A stretch of DNA of 64,000 nucleotides, taken from NCBI GenBank assembly GCA_049513715.1, contig JBEKVV010000002.1, positions 128,001 to 192,000 on the forward strand, written 5' to 3'. Shown here piece after piece: positions 48,815 through 58,744 of the stretch. This DNA comes from Candidatus Bathyarchaeia archaeon (lineage in GTDB: Archaea > Thermoproteota > Bathyarchaeia > 40CM-2-53-6). Both the position numbers and the translations under genes were made by a program. Under the pieces are notes generated by a model. That model was not told where the DNA came from and searched no databases. It saw nothing but the letters and a program-made list of their open reading frames with translations. How positions within the stretch are numbered: position 1 is the stretch's first letter; every line of letters begins with the position of its first letter.

Positions 48815-50125
48815 CTATCTGCGTAAACCTCGCCTTCTTGGCGCGTAAATGGCGAAGACGCCCTTCCACATTGCATCATAAGCTCTGCTCATCGTTTCAA
48901 TGAAGCGCTTACTGTTTGTCCAGAAGCCCACGTCCGCGCCAACATCGGCGCTATTGTCGTCTGGGAGGCGTTCGTAGAGCATCAATTCACGCTGGTCAGC
49001 TATGGCAATTCCTGCCGGCCCCAAGGCCTCTGAATAACGAAGCTCTGACACCGGAACCAACTTGCGGGCTCCCTCAGTATTCTCACTGGTAATGGGTGCC
49101 AATATGCGAACTTTTGTGCCCCGTGCCTTCGTTTCCTTGAGTTGCTCGAAATGAAAGTCTGCCAGAGCTTGGATGCCCCTCATTGTAGTCCAGATTTCAA
49201 CGCTTTCGTTGGACGAGGCAATCATCTCGTTCAACTTTCTGGAGACCTCGGTCCTACCTTTGAAGATCCTGAGGTCTTCAGACGGTATCCCTTTCCGAAG
49301 AACCTCTATTCGCCCATCGGATGGTGTGCCAGAATTCCACATTTCCTCGAAATATGCTTGGAGGTTTCTTACGAAAGCGTGGCTGTTTATCCACAGGGCA
49401 ACCTCTTCGCCCCCGCGTTGGGCTTCGTCGGTTGTTGTTATTTCGAACAGAGCTTCTTTGTCGTCTATTATTGAGACTCGCGGTATCGGTTTCGTCTTCA
49501 AGTCCAGATGCCTGATTTCGATGCCTTCACGAAGGCGTGCGACAATGTTTAGGTTTGATTGGTTGATTTCGGTGATTACTCGGACGCGTAGGCCACCTTT
49601 GGCGGCTTTGGTTAGCATATCAAGAAGTCCCGACGTGTCTGCACGCACGATTTCCGAGGGCGATAGAACCGTCATTACGGATTTTTGGCCTTGGGCGTAC
49701 ATGCTTTGGAGTCGCTGCTCAATTCGAATTCGGCCTTCAACCACCTGAAAGCGGTCAACTTCCTGCGTGACCCGCTCCACTCGTATGCCCTCGAATAGGT
49801 GGCGCAGGTTTTCGCCGCGCTGTTCGAGTATTCGAAGCCTCGCCTTCCTCTCATCAATTAGAACCTGCAAGCACTTGTCGAACGGCACCGACTGAAACCG
49901 AATCGGTCTTTCCAGAGTCGCTTCCACCAGACCACGACGTTGGAGGTTTCTGATGGTCCGGTAGGTTTCGGTTCTGTTGATCTGAACCGCGCGTGCAACT
50001 TCGCTTGCTTTCGAGGGCCCTGTCTTGGCGAGGAAGACGAGTACGCGTCCCTCGTTTCCTGTCAGGCCGTATTCCTGCAGCTCCGCGACAATGTCGCCTA
50101 CGGTTTCGCCCTGAAGTGAGCTCGT
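48815..50125 (-). CDS. TrmB-family regulator with two PLD-like sensor domains (start uncertain)
   Basis: YGLT.NE.RV HTH; RTETYR..L...GLV; two RVRVIT/KVRIL...I.D..E domains. Confidence 0.88.
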   Translation of the reverse strand, partial: TSSLQGETVGDIVAELQEYGLTGNEGRVLVFLAKTGPSKASEVARAVQINRTETYRTIRNLQRRGLVEATLERPIRFQSVPFDKCLQVLIDERKARLRILEQRGENLRHLFEGIRVERVTQEVDRFQVVEGRIRIEQRLQSMYAQGQKSVMTVLSPSEIVRADTSGLLDMLTKAAKGGLRVRVITEINQSNLNIVARLREGIEIRHLDLKTKPIPRVSIIDDKEALFEITTTDEAQRGGEEVALWINSHAFVRNLQAYFEEMWNSGTPSDGRIEVLRKGIPSEDLRIFKGRTEVSRKLNEMIASSNESVEIWTTMRGIQALADFHFEQLKETKARGTKVRILAPITSENTEGARKLVPVSELRYSEALGPAGIAIADQRELMLYERLPDDNSADVGADVGFWTNSKRFIETMSRAYDAMWKGVFAIYAPRRRGLRR

Positions 50126-50254
50126 GGATTGCGCCCCTAAATCATTGTCTGGTACGGAGGCGACACGGCCAAATATAAACAGAAACTGGAACAAAGTGAC
50201 GTCAGTAATATCAGAAAGCAAGCCGAGGGCGCGAAACCTGTCGAAACAGGAAGT

Positions 50255-50467
50255 GTGGGTCTCAGAGATGTGAGCTCAGAGAGTGGCATGCAAGGGGCCA
50301 TGAAGGCTACGGAGTATCTTGCTGTTGAGTTTTTGGCTGCGTGGTGTCCACGGCGTGATAGGCGAATTGGTGGGCTACATGCTCGGCCCAGGTTGAAGGC
50401 TGAACTCGACCGAGCCCTGCAAAACCTGAGAGAACGCCTAAGCAACGGCTCCTCGGTTCAACTCTGA
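50255..50467 (+). pseudogene. Internally deleted thioredoxin remnant
   Basis: AVEFLAAWCPRR (degenerate WCxxC) joined almost directly to a C-terminal-like helix RLKAELDRAL. Confidence 0.5.
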
Positions 50468-50496
50468 TTTCGCGGCAAGTGCTTTGTGGGGCTTTG

Positions 50497-52515
50497 TTAT
50501 GCGATGCCGGTCCGAACACGCGTGTAGACTCTTTCTGCGCCGTATGGTTTGAAGGCAGTTCCGCTCCCTGAGTAGAACTTGAGGAACCACTCTACCCAGT
50601 GAAGTCGAAGCGACTGCATGAAAACAAACGCCGTTTCTAGGATGAATATGAGCACGATGCTCAGGGCTGCGAAGAGTGCATACCCAATTGCGTCGCCGGC
50701 AATTGATCCCCATGCCACGAAGAACACTAGAACGCCTAGGAAGAGCCGGTAGAATACGTCCTCGATAAGTTTCATGGCCAGAATTCGCACGTAGGATATT
50801 GTGTGTGATAGCGACGCTAGAAGCGATTCGAAAGCGCTCATTCCGCCCATGGGGCCCTCAGCCCATATTTTCAACGCCACCATCGCAATCAGGGGGATAC
50901 CCATCCTAAGGAATATGTCAACCGTGTTGGCGGAGTTGAAGAGGTAGTTGGGGAATCTCAAGCCGTACTGTAGTAGCGTGATGCCGAAAGCGCCGTAGAA
51001 CCAGAGCCACACAACTGGTCCAGATATTAGCTCACGGTATTCGCGCACGTAGACCTTATTGATTATGTCGAGCACGAGGCCGGACATTATGTGAATCACT
51101 CCAATTGTGATGGATAGCCGGAGCATGAGTCGAATGTTGTCGAATGGTTCAAACCACAAAGGCCCGGGCAGGCCTGTTAATTGCTTGAACCATTCAATGT
51201 TTCCGAAAACCGTTCCGTATAGGAAACCGATGACCATTGCGGCGGCGCCACTGAATATCAGTAATCCTGAACCTTGAACGACCATGTTAAAGACGCTGCC
51301 CATTCCGCCATACGCCGTGTCTGATATGACGAGCCCTCGGCGTTTGTAATAGTAGATGATTGATGAGATTATCATAACTACGATGCCATTACCTACGTCC
51401 CCGAACATGAAACCGAAGAAAAGTGGGTAAGTGATAACCCAAAGAACTGTGGGGTCGATTTCGTCACTCTTCGGAATCCCAAAACCAACAGTGAGTTTTT
51501 GGAAGATGGAGACACGTTTCGGGTTATTCATCTGAGTCGGCCCATTCTTACCCGCCCAGTCCCTCATGATCACCTCGCCCTCGCACATCGTTTGAAGGTT
51601 CGAGCCGATCATTTTGACTTTGGATGTGGGCATCCATCCCTCAATCATGTAGGTTGATTCTGTTTTCCCGCAGTACCCTTTTGCCTGTTCAAACGCACGC
51701 TCGGCTGCAACAACCTCTCGATTGACTAAGAGGAATTCACTGTCTTTCTGGCTGATGTCGGCGAGTTTCGCCTTCAATAGCTCTAGGCGTCTCTTAGATT
51801 CCTCGATTCGGCTGGTCGGCTCATAGGAAAAGTGCTTGCTTTTCGAAATGGCCTTCAGTTTCAGGTTCAGGGTTTGTGTGATGGTGTCGGCGATGGCTGC
51901 TTCGTCGCGTTTCGTAGCCATGATTTTGACAACGTTATCCGCGATGTCATTCACGACCGCGTCTTCCAATGCCTTCGCTTGAATGATCTCATTCAGGACT
52001 CCGGCGGGCTTGATTTCGGAGGGTTTCAGAGTCTGGAAGATGCCTGATAGAATCTCTTCCAGCTTATGCCTCCCCTCAGGAGAATTTACGTCCTCGATTT
52101 CGGAGATTTCCTCAATGTTGATCTTGAGCTGTCGCTCGGCGTAAGTGATTAAAGATTCAAGTGCCTGCACCTCATTCGTCGCAGAGGCTACCTGCTGTTC
52201 GATCTCTGTCACTTTCTTCTCTACCGACGCGATCTCATCATCAGACATCCGGGCATTGACTTGAACTGGCTCGGCGTGAATCGGATCAATTCCCAATGAT
52301 GCGATTACTGAGCTGATCTTTGACTCGAGTGTGGTAAGGCGATAGAGTCTGTCCGAGACGTTGGCGGAGGTTACTCCTCCTCCATAACCCTTGATCATTT
52401 CTTTTACGTCGAGGAGCTCGAGGGTGTTTTGTTCACGGAGGTAGAGCATTGTGTCTTCGTATTTTCTTTGGGGGATGATTATTTCGACTCGTCTCATTCT
52501 TGTCGGTAGAAGCAA
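50497..52515 (-). CDS. atpI: A/V-type ATP synthase subunit I
   Basis: EIDPT, FFGFMFGDVG, SYVRILA (essential Arg), LRLHWVE...KFY. Confidence 0.92.
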   Translation of the reverse strand: MLLPTRMRRVEIIIPQRKYEDTMLYLREQNTLELLDVKEMIKGYGGGVTSANVSDRLYRLTTLESKISSVIASLGIDPIHAEPVQVNARMSDDEIASVEKKVTEIEQQVASATNEVQALESLITYAERQLKINIEEISEIEDVNSPEGRHKLEEILSGIFQTLKPSEIKPAGVLNEIIQAKALEDAVVNDIADNVVKIMATKRDEAAIADTITQTLNLKLKAISKSKHFSYEPTSRIEESKRRLELLKAKLADISQKDSEFLLVNREVVAAERAFEQAKGYCGKTESTYMIEGWMPTSKVKMIGSNLQTMCEGEVIMRDWAGKNGPTQMNNPKRVSIFQKLTVGFGIPKSDEIDPTVLWVITYPLFFGFMFGDVGNGIVVMIISSIIYYYKRRGLVISDTAYGGMGSVFNMVVQGSGLLIFSGAAAMVIGFLYGTVFGNIEWFKQLTGLPGPLWFEPFDNIRLMLRLSITIGVIHIMSGLVLDIINKVYVREYRELISGPVVWLWFYGAFGITLLQYGLRFPNYLFNSANTVDIFLRMGIPLIAMVALKIWAEGPMGGMSAFESLLASLSHTISYVRILAMKLIEDVFYRLFLGVLVFFVAWGSIAGDAIGYALFAALSIVLIFILETAFVFMQSLRLHWVEWFLKFYSGSGTAFKPYGAERVYTRVRTGIA

Positions 52516-52545
52516 TTTGGTGAATCTCCTGAGTTCTTTGAGAGA

Positions 52546-53721
52546 CTATTCGGTTGTTTCGGGTGCTTCCCTCTCACGGTCTCTGCGGCGGCTTTGTTTT
52601 TGGGTCATTAATCGTTTAAGCCTGTCCGTTATTAAATCGTACACCGCGGGAAGATCCCAGCCTTCTTCTGAATAGGTGTACGAATCCGTTGATGTCCTAA
52701 TGTGCACGTTCACCTCGTATCTTCCCCGTTCCTTTCCAGGCTTTGTGAACTTGGATTTTATCACCGATCTTGCTTCGAGAATGTCCGGAAAGATTCGGTG
52801 CAAATGATTAATTGTTCGTTTGAATTTGGCCTTGGTCGCTTCTGCTTCAAACGGGTCATCGGGTAGCCCCACCATGAAAACTGGAACCTCTGTATTGGGC
52901 TCCGGCTCCGCGAGCAGAGTCATGAAGTCCCGGTGGGTTGCGATTTCCTGTATCTCCTCCCACTGGGTGACCAGAATATACGTTCTTGCGCTCTTCAGCA
53001 TGCTCTCTAGAGCCTGTTCTACGCTCGTTTCTGGGGTGCATGTCAATGGAGTCAAGTCCATAGCATTGCCGACGGGAAAGTCCAAGGGTCCCCGTGTTTC
53101 GGGCCTTATCGATTTGGGCCCCATCCTCTTTGACTGGGCCATTCGCATTACAACGTCTGTCGAGGTCAGCATCCCCGCCAACCGTCCAGTTCGTGTCACG
53201 GGGAGGTGGTCGACGCGTTTTCGAACCATCAGGTCCCTAGCCTTGGCGGCCGATGCTTCCGCATCTATGGTGAACGGCTTCTTGGTCGCAATGGATGTGA
53301 CCCGCAAATCCTGCCCGAGCTTTCCCTTCAATTGCTGAAGCAGCTCTATGCTGTTCACTTGGCCGATGATTTTGTGTTCGTCCGAAACGGGAACTGCCCT
53401 GATTCGGTAGTCTGACATCAACCTCGCGGCCTCTCCGATGACAGCTTCCTTTCTCAGAACCGGCACGTATGACATTAAGTCTGGCAGTTTTGTGGTCTCA
53501 ATACTCGTCCGCAGAACGTTTCGGGCTGAGATCACTCCGCACCTGTTGCTTTCAGGAAAGAATACCTCGTAATTGCCCCGTTCAGATAGTAAACCGATGA
53601 CCTTGGAGAGGTGGCTGTCCGGGCGGGTCTGTATGAGCTCTGAAACGAAGGGCTCAATTGGTTGCTCTCGTAAAGCCTCCACGTACTTCGGCAACCTTGT
53701 GACAGGCAAAGCAGACCTCAT
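52546..53721 (-). CDS. Four-CBS-domain protein with archaeal C-terminal extension
   Basis: Repeated CBS motifs (A..LM...IRAVPV, VDHLPV...G.LT..D). Confidence 0.88.
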   Translation of the reverse strand: MRSALPVTRLPKYVEALREQPIEPFVSELIQTRPDSHLSKVIGLLSERGNYEVFFPESNRCGVISARNVLRTSIETTKLPDLMSYVPVLRKEAVIGEAARLMSDYRIRAVPVSDEHKIIGQVNSIELLQQLKGKLGQDLRVTSIATKKPFTIDAEASAAKARDLMVRKRVDHLPVTRTGRLAGMLTSTDVVMRMAQSKRMGPKSIRPETRGPLDFPVGNAMDLTPLTCTPETSVEQALESMLKSARTYILVTQWEEIQEIATHRDFMTLLAEPEPNTEVPVFMVGLPDDPFEAEATKAKFKRTINHLHRIFPDILEARSVIKSKFTKPGKERGRYEVNVHIRTSTDSYTYSEEGWDLPAVYDLITDRLKRLMTQKQSRRRDREREAPETTE

Positions 53722-53739
53722 TCCATGCTATTGATTCGC

Positions 53740-55203
53740 TCAGCTTCCTCCTGAAAGACCGTGTTCCCTCAAATATGTTCCGTAGTAGATCAGCGCCCAG
53801 AGGGCCCGGGAGGCCCTTTCGGGGACCGAGTACGATGGTACTCCTCGCTTCTCGAAGGCGGATCGCATAGCTTCAGCCATCTCGGTTCCACCCATGTCAC
53901 AGACCGTGACTGGTTTCTTGTATCTTGGCAGCGTTTCCGCTATAACCCCAACCGCATCATCCAGAATCGTTGGGGCGTGATGAAGTGCGATTACTACGGC
54001 CCCCCCGATTTCAGGATCCTCCAAAATCGTAGACAACGCCAACGAAAACATTTCACTTGAAGCTTCAGCGGACAAGTCCATCGGATTGAAACCTGAAAGT
54101 ACGGGTAGGAGAAGATTCTTGGCCTTGTAATCGGCGAATTTAGACAGGATGCGTTCCGGGAACTTGTCCACCCTGAGGCCTGAGCTTTCTAGAGCGTCTG
54201 CAGCTATGATTCCCGGCCCTCCGGCGTTGGTCAAAACTGCCACGGATTTCGAGTAGCCTGGTGGCTGTAACGTTAGGGCCCGCCCGAAATCAAAGAGTTC
54301 CTCAACGTCATGGACCCTGATTATGCCTGCCTGCCTGAATGCACCATCGTAAATCGCATCCATTCCAGCTAAGGCGGCTGTGTGCGAAGTGGCTGCTCTG
54401 GTTCCGGCAGTTGTTTTGCCTGACTTCAAAGCCACAACAGGTTTTTTCGCTGAGGTGGTCTTTGCTTTCTCGATGAATTCCCTGGCTTTCGCCAAGCCTT
54501 CCACATACATTAGAATGACAGCAGTCTTATCGTCCTGCCCGAAATACTCGAGCAATTCGTCCTCGGTTACGTCGCATCGGTTTCCGTAGCTCACGAAACC
54601 TCGTATTCCCATCCCGTGGCCTGCCATGTAGTCAAGTGCGGCTGCGCCGAACGCGCCGCTCTGCGTGAGAAATGAAACCGACCCTGGCCTTGGCCTTGGG
54701 GTTGCTACCACTTCGCGTCCATCTGAGAGGAACTTCGTTTCTGGCAGAAACAGAGTATCTATTCCCGTGTAAGCGTCGTAGATTCCTAGGCAATTCGGCC
54801 CGATTATTCTCACATCGTACTTTCTAGCTATGTCTACTATTTGGTGTTCGAGTTCGTGGTTTCCGATCTCTGCGAAGCCGGAAGAGATTACGATCGCTGC
54901 CTTGGCCCCCGCTTTCCCAGCGTCATCAATGACGCCCGGGACTAGGTGTGCAGCGACAGCCACAAGAACTGTCTCAACGGGTTTTGAGATCGCTGAAACG
55001 GTAGGATAGCATTTGTCACCGAGGATTTCGGTGTGGTTGGGGTTTACTAGGTAGACTTGGCCTTTGAAGAGACCTCTATTCCTGTTCGTAACCATGTTTT
55101 GGGCCATTACGTAGCCGATTCGGCTCGGCGTAGATGAAGCCCCAACTATTGCCAGGGATTTTGGTTCGAAGAACGAGTCTAGGCGACTACCTTCTTTAGG
55201 TAT
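53740..55203 (-). CDS. ADP-forming acyl-CoA synthetase (ACD) subunit alpha
   Basis: LDSFFEPKSLAIVGAS upstream of the first ATG; ISSGFAE, IGPNCLG, QSGA, SHT.ALAG, TNAGGPG; probable ATA start at 55203. Confidence 0.9.
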   Translation of the reverse strand: MPKEGSRLDSFFEPKSLAIVGASSTPSRIGYVMAQNMVTNRNRGLFKGQVYLVNPNHTEILGDKCYPTVSAISKPVETVLVAVAAHLVPGVIDDAGKAGAKAAIVISSGFAEIGNHELEHQIVDIARKYDVRIIGPNCLGIYDAYTGIDTLFLPETKFLSDGREVVATPRPRPGSVSFLTQSGAFGAAALDYMAGHGMGIRGFVSYGNRCDVTEDELLEYFGQDDKTAVILMYVEGLAKAREFIEKAKTTSAKKPVVALKSGKTTAGTRAATSHTAALAGMDAIYDGAFRQAGIIRVHDVEELFDFGRALTLQPPGYSKSVAVLTNAGGPGIIAADALESSGLRVDKFPERILSKFADYKAKNLLLPVLSGFNPMDLSAEASSEMFSLALSTILEDPEIGGAVVIALHHAPTILDDAVGVIAETLPRYKKPVTVCDMGGTEMAEAMRSAFEKRGVPSYSVPERASRALWALIYYGTYLREHGLSGGS

Positions 55204-56273
55204 TGAATGTCTCCCCCGCTTTTCCGCTCTTTCCAGAATTGACAGACTGCGTTGTTGCTTTCAAGATAGCGGTTCATGGCGACCTCGGAGACCATTTGAG
55301 CAGAGCGGGAGATTTCCGCGAGATTCCACACGACCCCCCTGAGGGCTAGTGCGACTTTGCGGTCCTGAACATTCACGACGACTTCCTCTGTGAGGGTCTT
55401 TTCCATCTCCTCAATGTGTCTGGTTCGTTCAATGACCCGATTTGCGAGGTCGACGTCGAGCACGCTTAGGGCATCCATGGCGCCTTTGGCGATTGCTAGG
55501 GATTCGACGCCGAACTTGCAGACGTCATCGATCGTTGCGGAGAATTGTGTGTACTTTTCGTCTGCCAGGGACAGTATGAGATTTGCAATAGACTCGCTGC
55601 AATCCGCCATCTCTTCTAGGTATTTCGAGACAGCTCTGTAACCGATAGCATGCGTCGCAGATTCTATCCCAACGTGTCGTGACAACGGGATCTTTGAGAC
55701 GGCGCGGAATATTTGCCGCAGAATAAGCCAATAGAGCCTATCTGCTTCATTCTCGAGTTCCAAGACCTCTAGGGCCAGTGAGAACTTCCTATCCGTCAGG
55801 GCCTGCATCGCTGTCTCTAGCATTGAGACTGCGACTTTGTGCAGCCGTCCAAGGAGTCCCGTGATCGGGAATTTTGTGGGGTCCAAGAAGCATTGAATCA
55901 CTGCTTCCTTCGGAGTCTGCTCTACTATTCCCAGCCCGCTCAGCCTTCGAGTGGAATCGCGGATTTCCGCGAGTTGTTCGGGGGTAAGTTCGTTGGAGGA
56001 AGAGATTATGATTGTGTCGCGGCCGAGGATGTAATTCCCTGTAATCATTCTCTCTAGGAGTTCGCGGTCTTTGCATGCGTCTGCGTTGATCTTGCAGACA
56101 GTCATCTCCTCGGATTCCATTTCGCTGCCAGGGGTTACGACTAGCTCGCCGAATTCGGAGAGGCGAAGTGTGACTACGCCTCCTTGCTTTAACCCCACTT
56201 GCCTAACCCAATCTCTTGGTAGTGATACGGTTAATGTCGAGTGGCCGACTCTCTGGACCTTTCTAATCTCCAA
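55179..56273 (-). CDS. phoU: AbrB-PhoU phosphate uptake regulator
   Basis: RKVQ.VG.ST..VSLP..W; two PhoU repeats (E.EADRLY, LEEMAD). Confidence 0.9.
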   Translation of the reverse strand: MEIRKVQRVGHSTLTVSLPRDWVRQVGLKQGGVVTLRLSEFGELVVTPGSEMESEEMTVCKINADACKDRELLERMITGNYILGRDTIIISSSNELTPEQLAEIRDSTRRLSGLGIVEQTPKEAVIQCFLDPTKFPITGLLGRLHKVAVSMLETAMQALTDRKFSLALEVLELENEADRLYWLILRQIFRAVSKIPLSRHVGIESATHAIGYRAVSKYLEEMADCSESIANLILSLADEKYTQFSATIDDVCKFGVESLAIAKGAMDALSVLDVDLANRVIERTRHIEEMEKTLTEEVVVNVQDRKVALALRGVVWNLAEISRSAQMVSEVAMNRYLESNNAVCQFWKERKSGGDIQYLKKVVA

Positions 56274-56427
56274 TATTTTTTCACTTTGACGTGAGGCCTA
56301 GTAGATGTCTAGTGCCGAACTAGGCTGGGGTGGGTAGTGCTGTTATATATTTCGACGGCATTCTATATAGAGAAAGCACGACACGAATCACGCAACCAAA
56401 CAAGCATGAACTTTTGGTACCTCTAAA

Positions 56428-56826
56428 TCATTGAACTTCCGCTTTAGCCTCTGAAGGAAGCACCATCCGAACCTTTGTTATTACGCACTCATCACCCCCT
56501 TCGATAGCGAGGGGGTTTCCGCACTTTGGGCACTCCAATCGCGGCAGCCCGTAGTGGAACAGCGGTGGATCCTCAGGATTGAACTCCTCTCGGTAATTGC
56601 AGGTTGAACAGTGAACAGTGCCATTGGTTTCCTCCGTAATCAGCCTCGAGCCCTCCAACACTGTTCCTTTCGCAAGGATCTCGTAGGAGAACTTCACCTG
56701 CTCGACCGATAGTGCTCTGAGCTTCCCGACTTTCAGGTGGACTTCCAGCACCTGCTTCGGGCCCTGCTGCTTAACCAAGTCTAGTAGTGCTTCGACCAGG
56801 TATGTTGTGATTGTGAATTCATGCAT
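56428..56826 (-). CDS. hypA: Hydrogenase nickel metallochaperone HypA
   Basis: MHE, CSTC, CPKCG. Confidence 0.93.
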   Translation of the reverse strand: MHEFTITTYLVEALLDLVKQQGPKQVLEVHLKVGKLRALSVEQVKFSYEILAKGTVLEGSRLITEETNGTVHCSTCNYREEFNPEDPPLFHYGLPRLECPKCGNPLAIEGGDECVITKVRMVLPSEAKAEVQ

Positions 56827-56844
56827 GCGATGCGCCATCTATGC

Positions 56845-57528
56845 CTAGCTCAGGCCGAGATGCTTGATGACCTCGTCCACCCCTAGCCCGGTTTTGCAGC
56901 TCGTCGGAACTGCTTTTGCTTTAGGGTTGAGTCTTGCAATGTCATCCATCAACTTCTCAGGTTTCACATCCATGGCCTCTGCAAGGTCGACCTTGTTTAT
57001 TGCAACTACGTTTGCGCCCAAAAAAATCATGGGGTGCTTGAGTACCATGTACGGCCCCTCGGTTACGCTGATGACGACTAGGCGTTTGTCAGCTCCTAAC
57101 GGGAATTCGGAGGGGCAGATGAGGTTTCCAACGTTTTCGATGAAGATAAGATCGAGCTTGTCCAATGGGATCTTGTCCAGTGCTTTCTTGATGAGGTTTG
57201 CGTCCAAGTGGCACTCTTTGCCCGTGTTTACTTGAACTGTGGGCACGCCCTCCTCAGCGATGATGTCGGCGTCTATGGTGGTTGTGACGTCCCCTTCAAT
57301 CACTGCCAACCGATGCTTCTTCTTCAACCGAGAAACAACCGCTTTGATTAGCGAGGTTTTTCCAGAACCCACTGACCCCATTACATCGATGGCGTGAACC
57401 CCGTGGGATTCGAGGCGTTCTTTGTTCTCGTTTGCCAAGCGTTGATTCTCTCTTAGAATATTGATTTCGAGCTCGACATCGTATACTTCGCCTTCGGAGG
57501 CGGTGATGACGTCAGTTAGTTTGGTCAA
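56845..57528 (-). CDS. hypB: Hydrogenase nickel incorporation GTPase HypB
   Basis: GSGKT, IEGD, ECHLDA, ENVGNLICP, NKVD; start TTG 57528. Confidence 0.95.
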   Translation of the reverse strand: MTKLTDVITASEGEVYDVELEINILRENQRLANENKERLESHGVHAIDVMGSVGSGKTSLIKAVVSRLKKKHRLAVIEGDVTTTIDADIIAEEGVPTVQVNTGKECHLDANLIKKALDKIPLDKLDLIFIENVGNLICPSEFPLGADKRLVVISVTEGPYMVLKHPMIFLGANVVAINKVDLAEAMDVKPEKLMDDIARLNPKAKAVPTSCKTGLGVDEVIKHLGLS

Positions 57529-57701
57529 TGTGATCACGATTCGGAAGTCCGTCGTCCTCGTTATGAACGTGATTGCTGGTTTCCTCAGCAATGGGGCATC
57601 GAGGATATATTGGTCGAGGAGTTGGCTTCATCCCATTTGTGGGTATGGCGTCACAAACATATAGCTATGACATATGAAATGTTTTGTGGGATGCAGTCGA
57701 C

Positions 57702-57941
57702 GTGTGCCTCAGCTTTCCAGGAAAAATAATGGAAATCAACGGGGAACTGGCCACGGTCGACTATGGTGAAGACGGCGTTAGGAAAAACGTTAACGTATCT
57801 CTCGTGGAAGCTCAGCTCGGAAGCTACGTTCTCGTTCAAGGAGGATTCGCCATTAGAGTCCTTCCCGAAAAGGAAGCCCTAGAGACGCTTGAGACTTGGA
57901 AGATGGTTCGAGAACTGCAAAACTCGCCGGAGGTGCCTTAG
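57702..57941 (+). CDS. hypC: HypC/HupF chaperone (conserved His replaced by Gln)
   Basis: (M)CLSFPGKI...G.YVLVQGGFAI. Confidence 0.88.
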   Translation: MCLSFPGKIMEINGELATVDYGEDGVRKNVNVSLVEAQLGSYVLVQGGFAIRVLPEKEALETLETWKMVRELQNSPEVP

Positions 57942-57943
57942 AA

Positions 57944-58720
57944 TTGCCGTCTCGAACGGACGGAGCGATTCTAGCCGCACGTCACAGTTTCATGCCCAAC
58001 CGCCTCGGCTATTGCGGCCCGGATGAGAATGATGTCTTGCTCGATGCCTGCGTAAACAACCGCAGCAGCAAACCGCTAATCGAGGCCCTGAAGGGGTTCC
58101 AGGCTGCGTTTCCTTACCTGAAATTCATCGCCCAATCTCTGGGCATAGATGATCCATTCAACTACCGGGTAGTTGAGGCGTACTGGATTGGCAATGATGC
58201 CCTGCAAAGGATACCGCTGGACGGGTTCTATGATCACTTGAGGGAGCGATTGAAGGCCAAGTTCACGAAGGAGCAGGTCAAGAAACTCTTCGAAGCACAA
58301 CCATACGCACCGTTCCCCCATCACGCATTGCACGTCTTCAACGCATTCTCCACAATGGGTACGGTTCCGGACTCGTTTGCAACTGGGACTGGACCCGACG
58401 ACACAGTTGGGAAGATGATGGATAAGTGCAAAATCTCTTGGGGAAGAATTATCGGCCCCGATGATAAGGGCAATTTGATCGTAGAATACGAACCCGTAGA
58501 ACGACATGACGGGAAGCTGTCATTGGGTCAGCCCGCTAAAGCGAAAGTCGCATTCGAGGCCCAAGGCCGAAGCTTCGTCAACGGCGCGAAGCCTGGTGAT
58601 TGGATTTCATTCCACTGGGGCTTTGCTTGCACAACTCTTACCCCGTTGCAAGTAGCTAATTTGAGGAAATACACTTTAGCCGACATGGCTCTATCAAACA
58701 GAGTTCCCATCCATCAGTAA
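57944..58720 (+). CDS. DUF6390 family protein
   Basis: PN.LGYCGP, VVEAYWIGN, PHH..HVF, C.ISWG, HWG..C; SD GGAGGTG before TTG 57944. Confidence 0.82.
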   Translation: MPSRTDGAILAARHSFMPNRLGYCGPDENDVLLDACVNNRSSKPLIEALKGFQAAFPYLKFIAQSLGIDDPFNYRVVEAYWIGNDALQRIPLDGFYDHLRERLKAKFTKEQVKKLFEAQPYAPFPHHALHVFNAFSTMGTVPDSFATGTGPDDTVGKMMDKCKISWGRIIGPDDKGNLIVEYEPVERHDGKLSLGQPAKAKVAFEAQGRSFVNGAKPGDWISFHWGFACTTLTPLQVANLRKYTLADMALSNRVPIHQ

Positions 58721-58744
58721 ACCGAATTCGGTGGGTTTCGAAAA

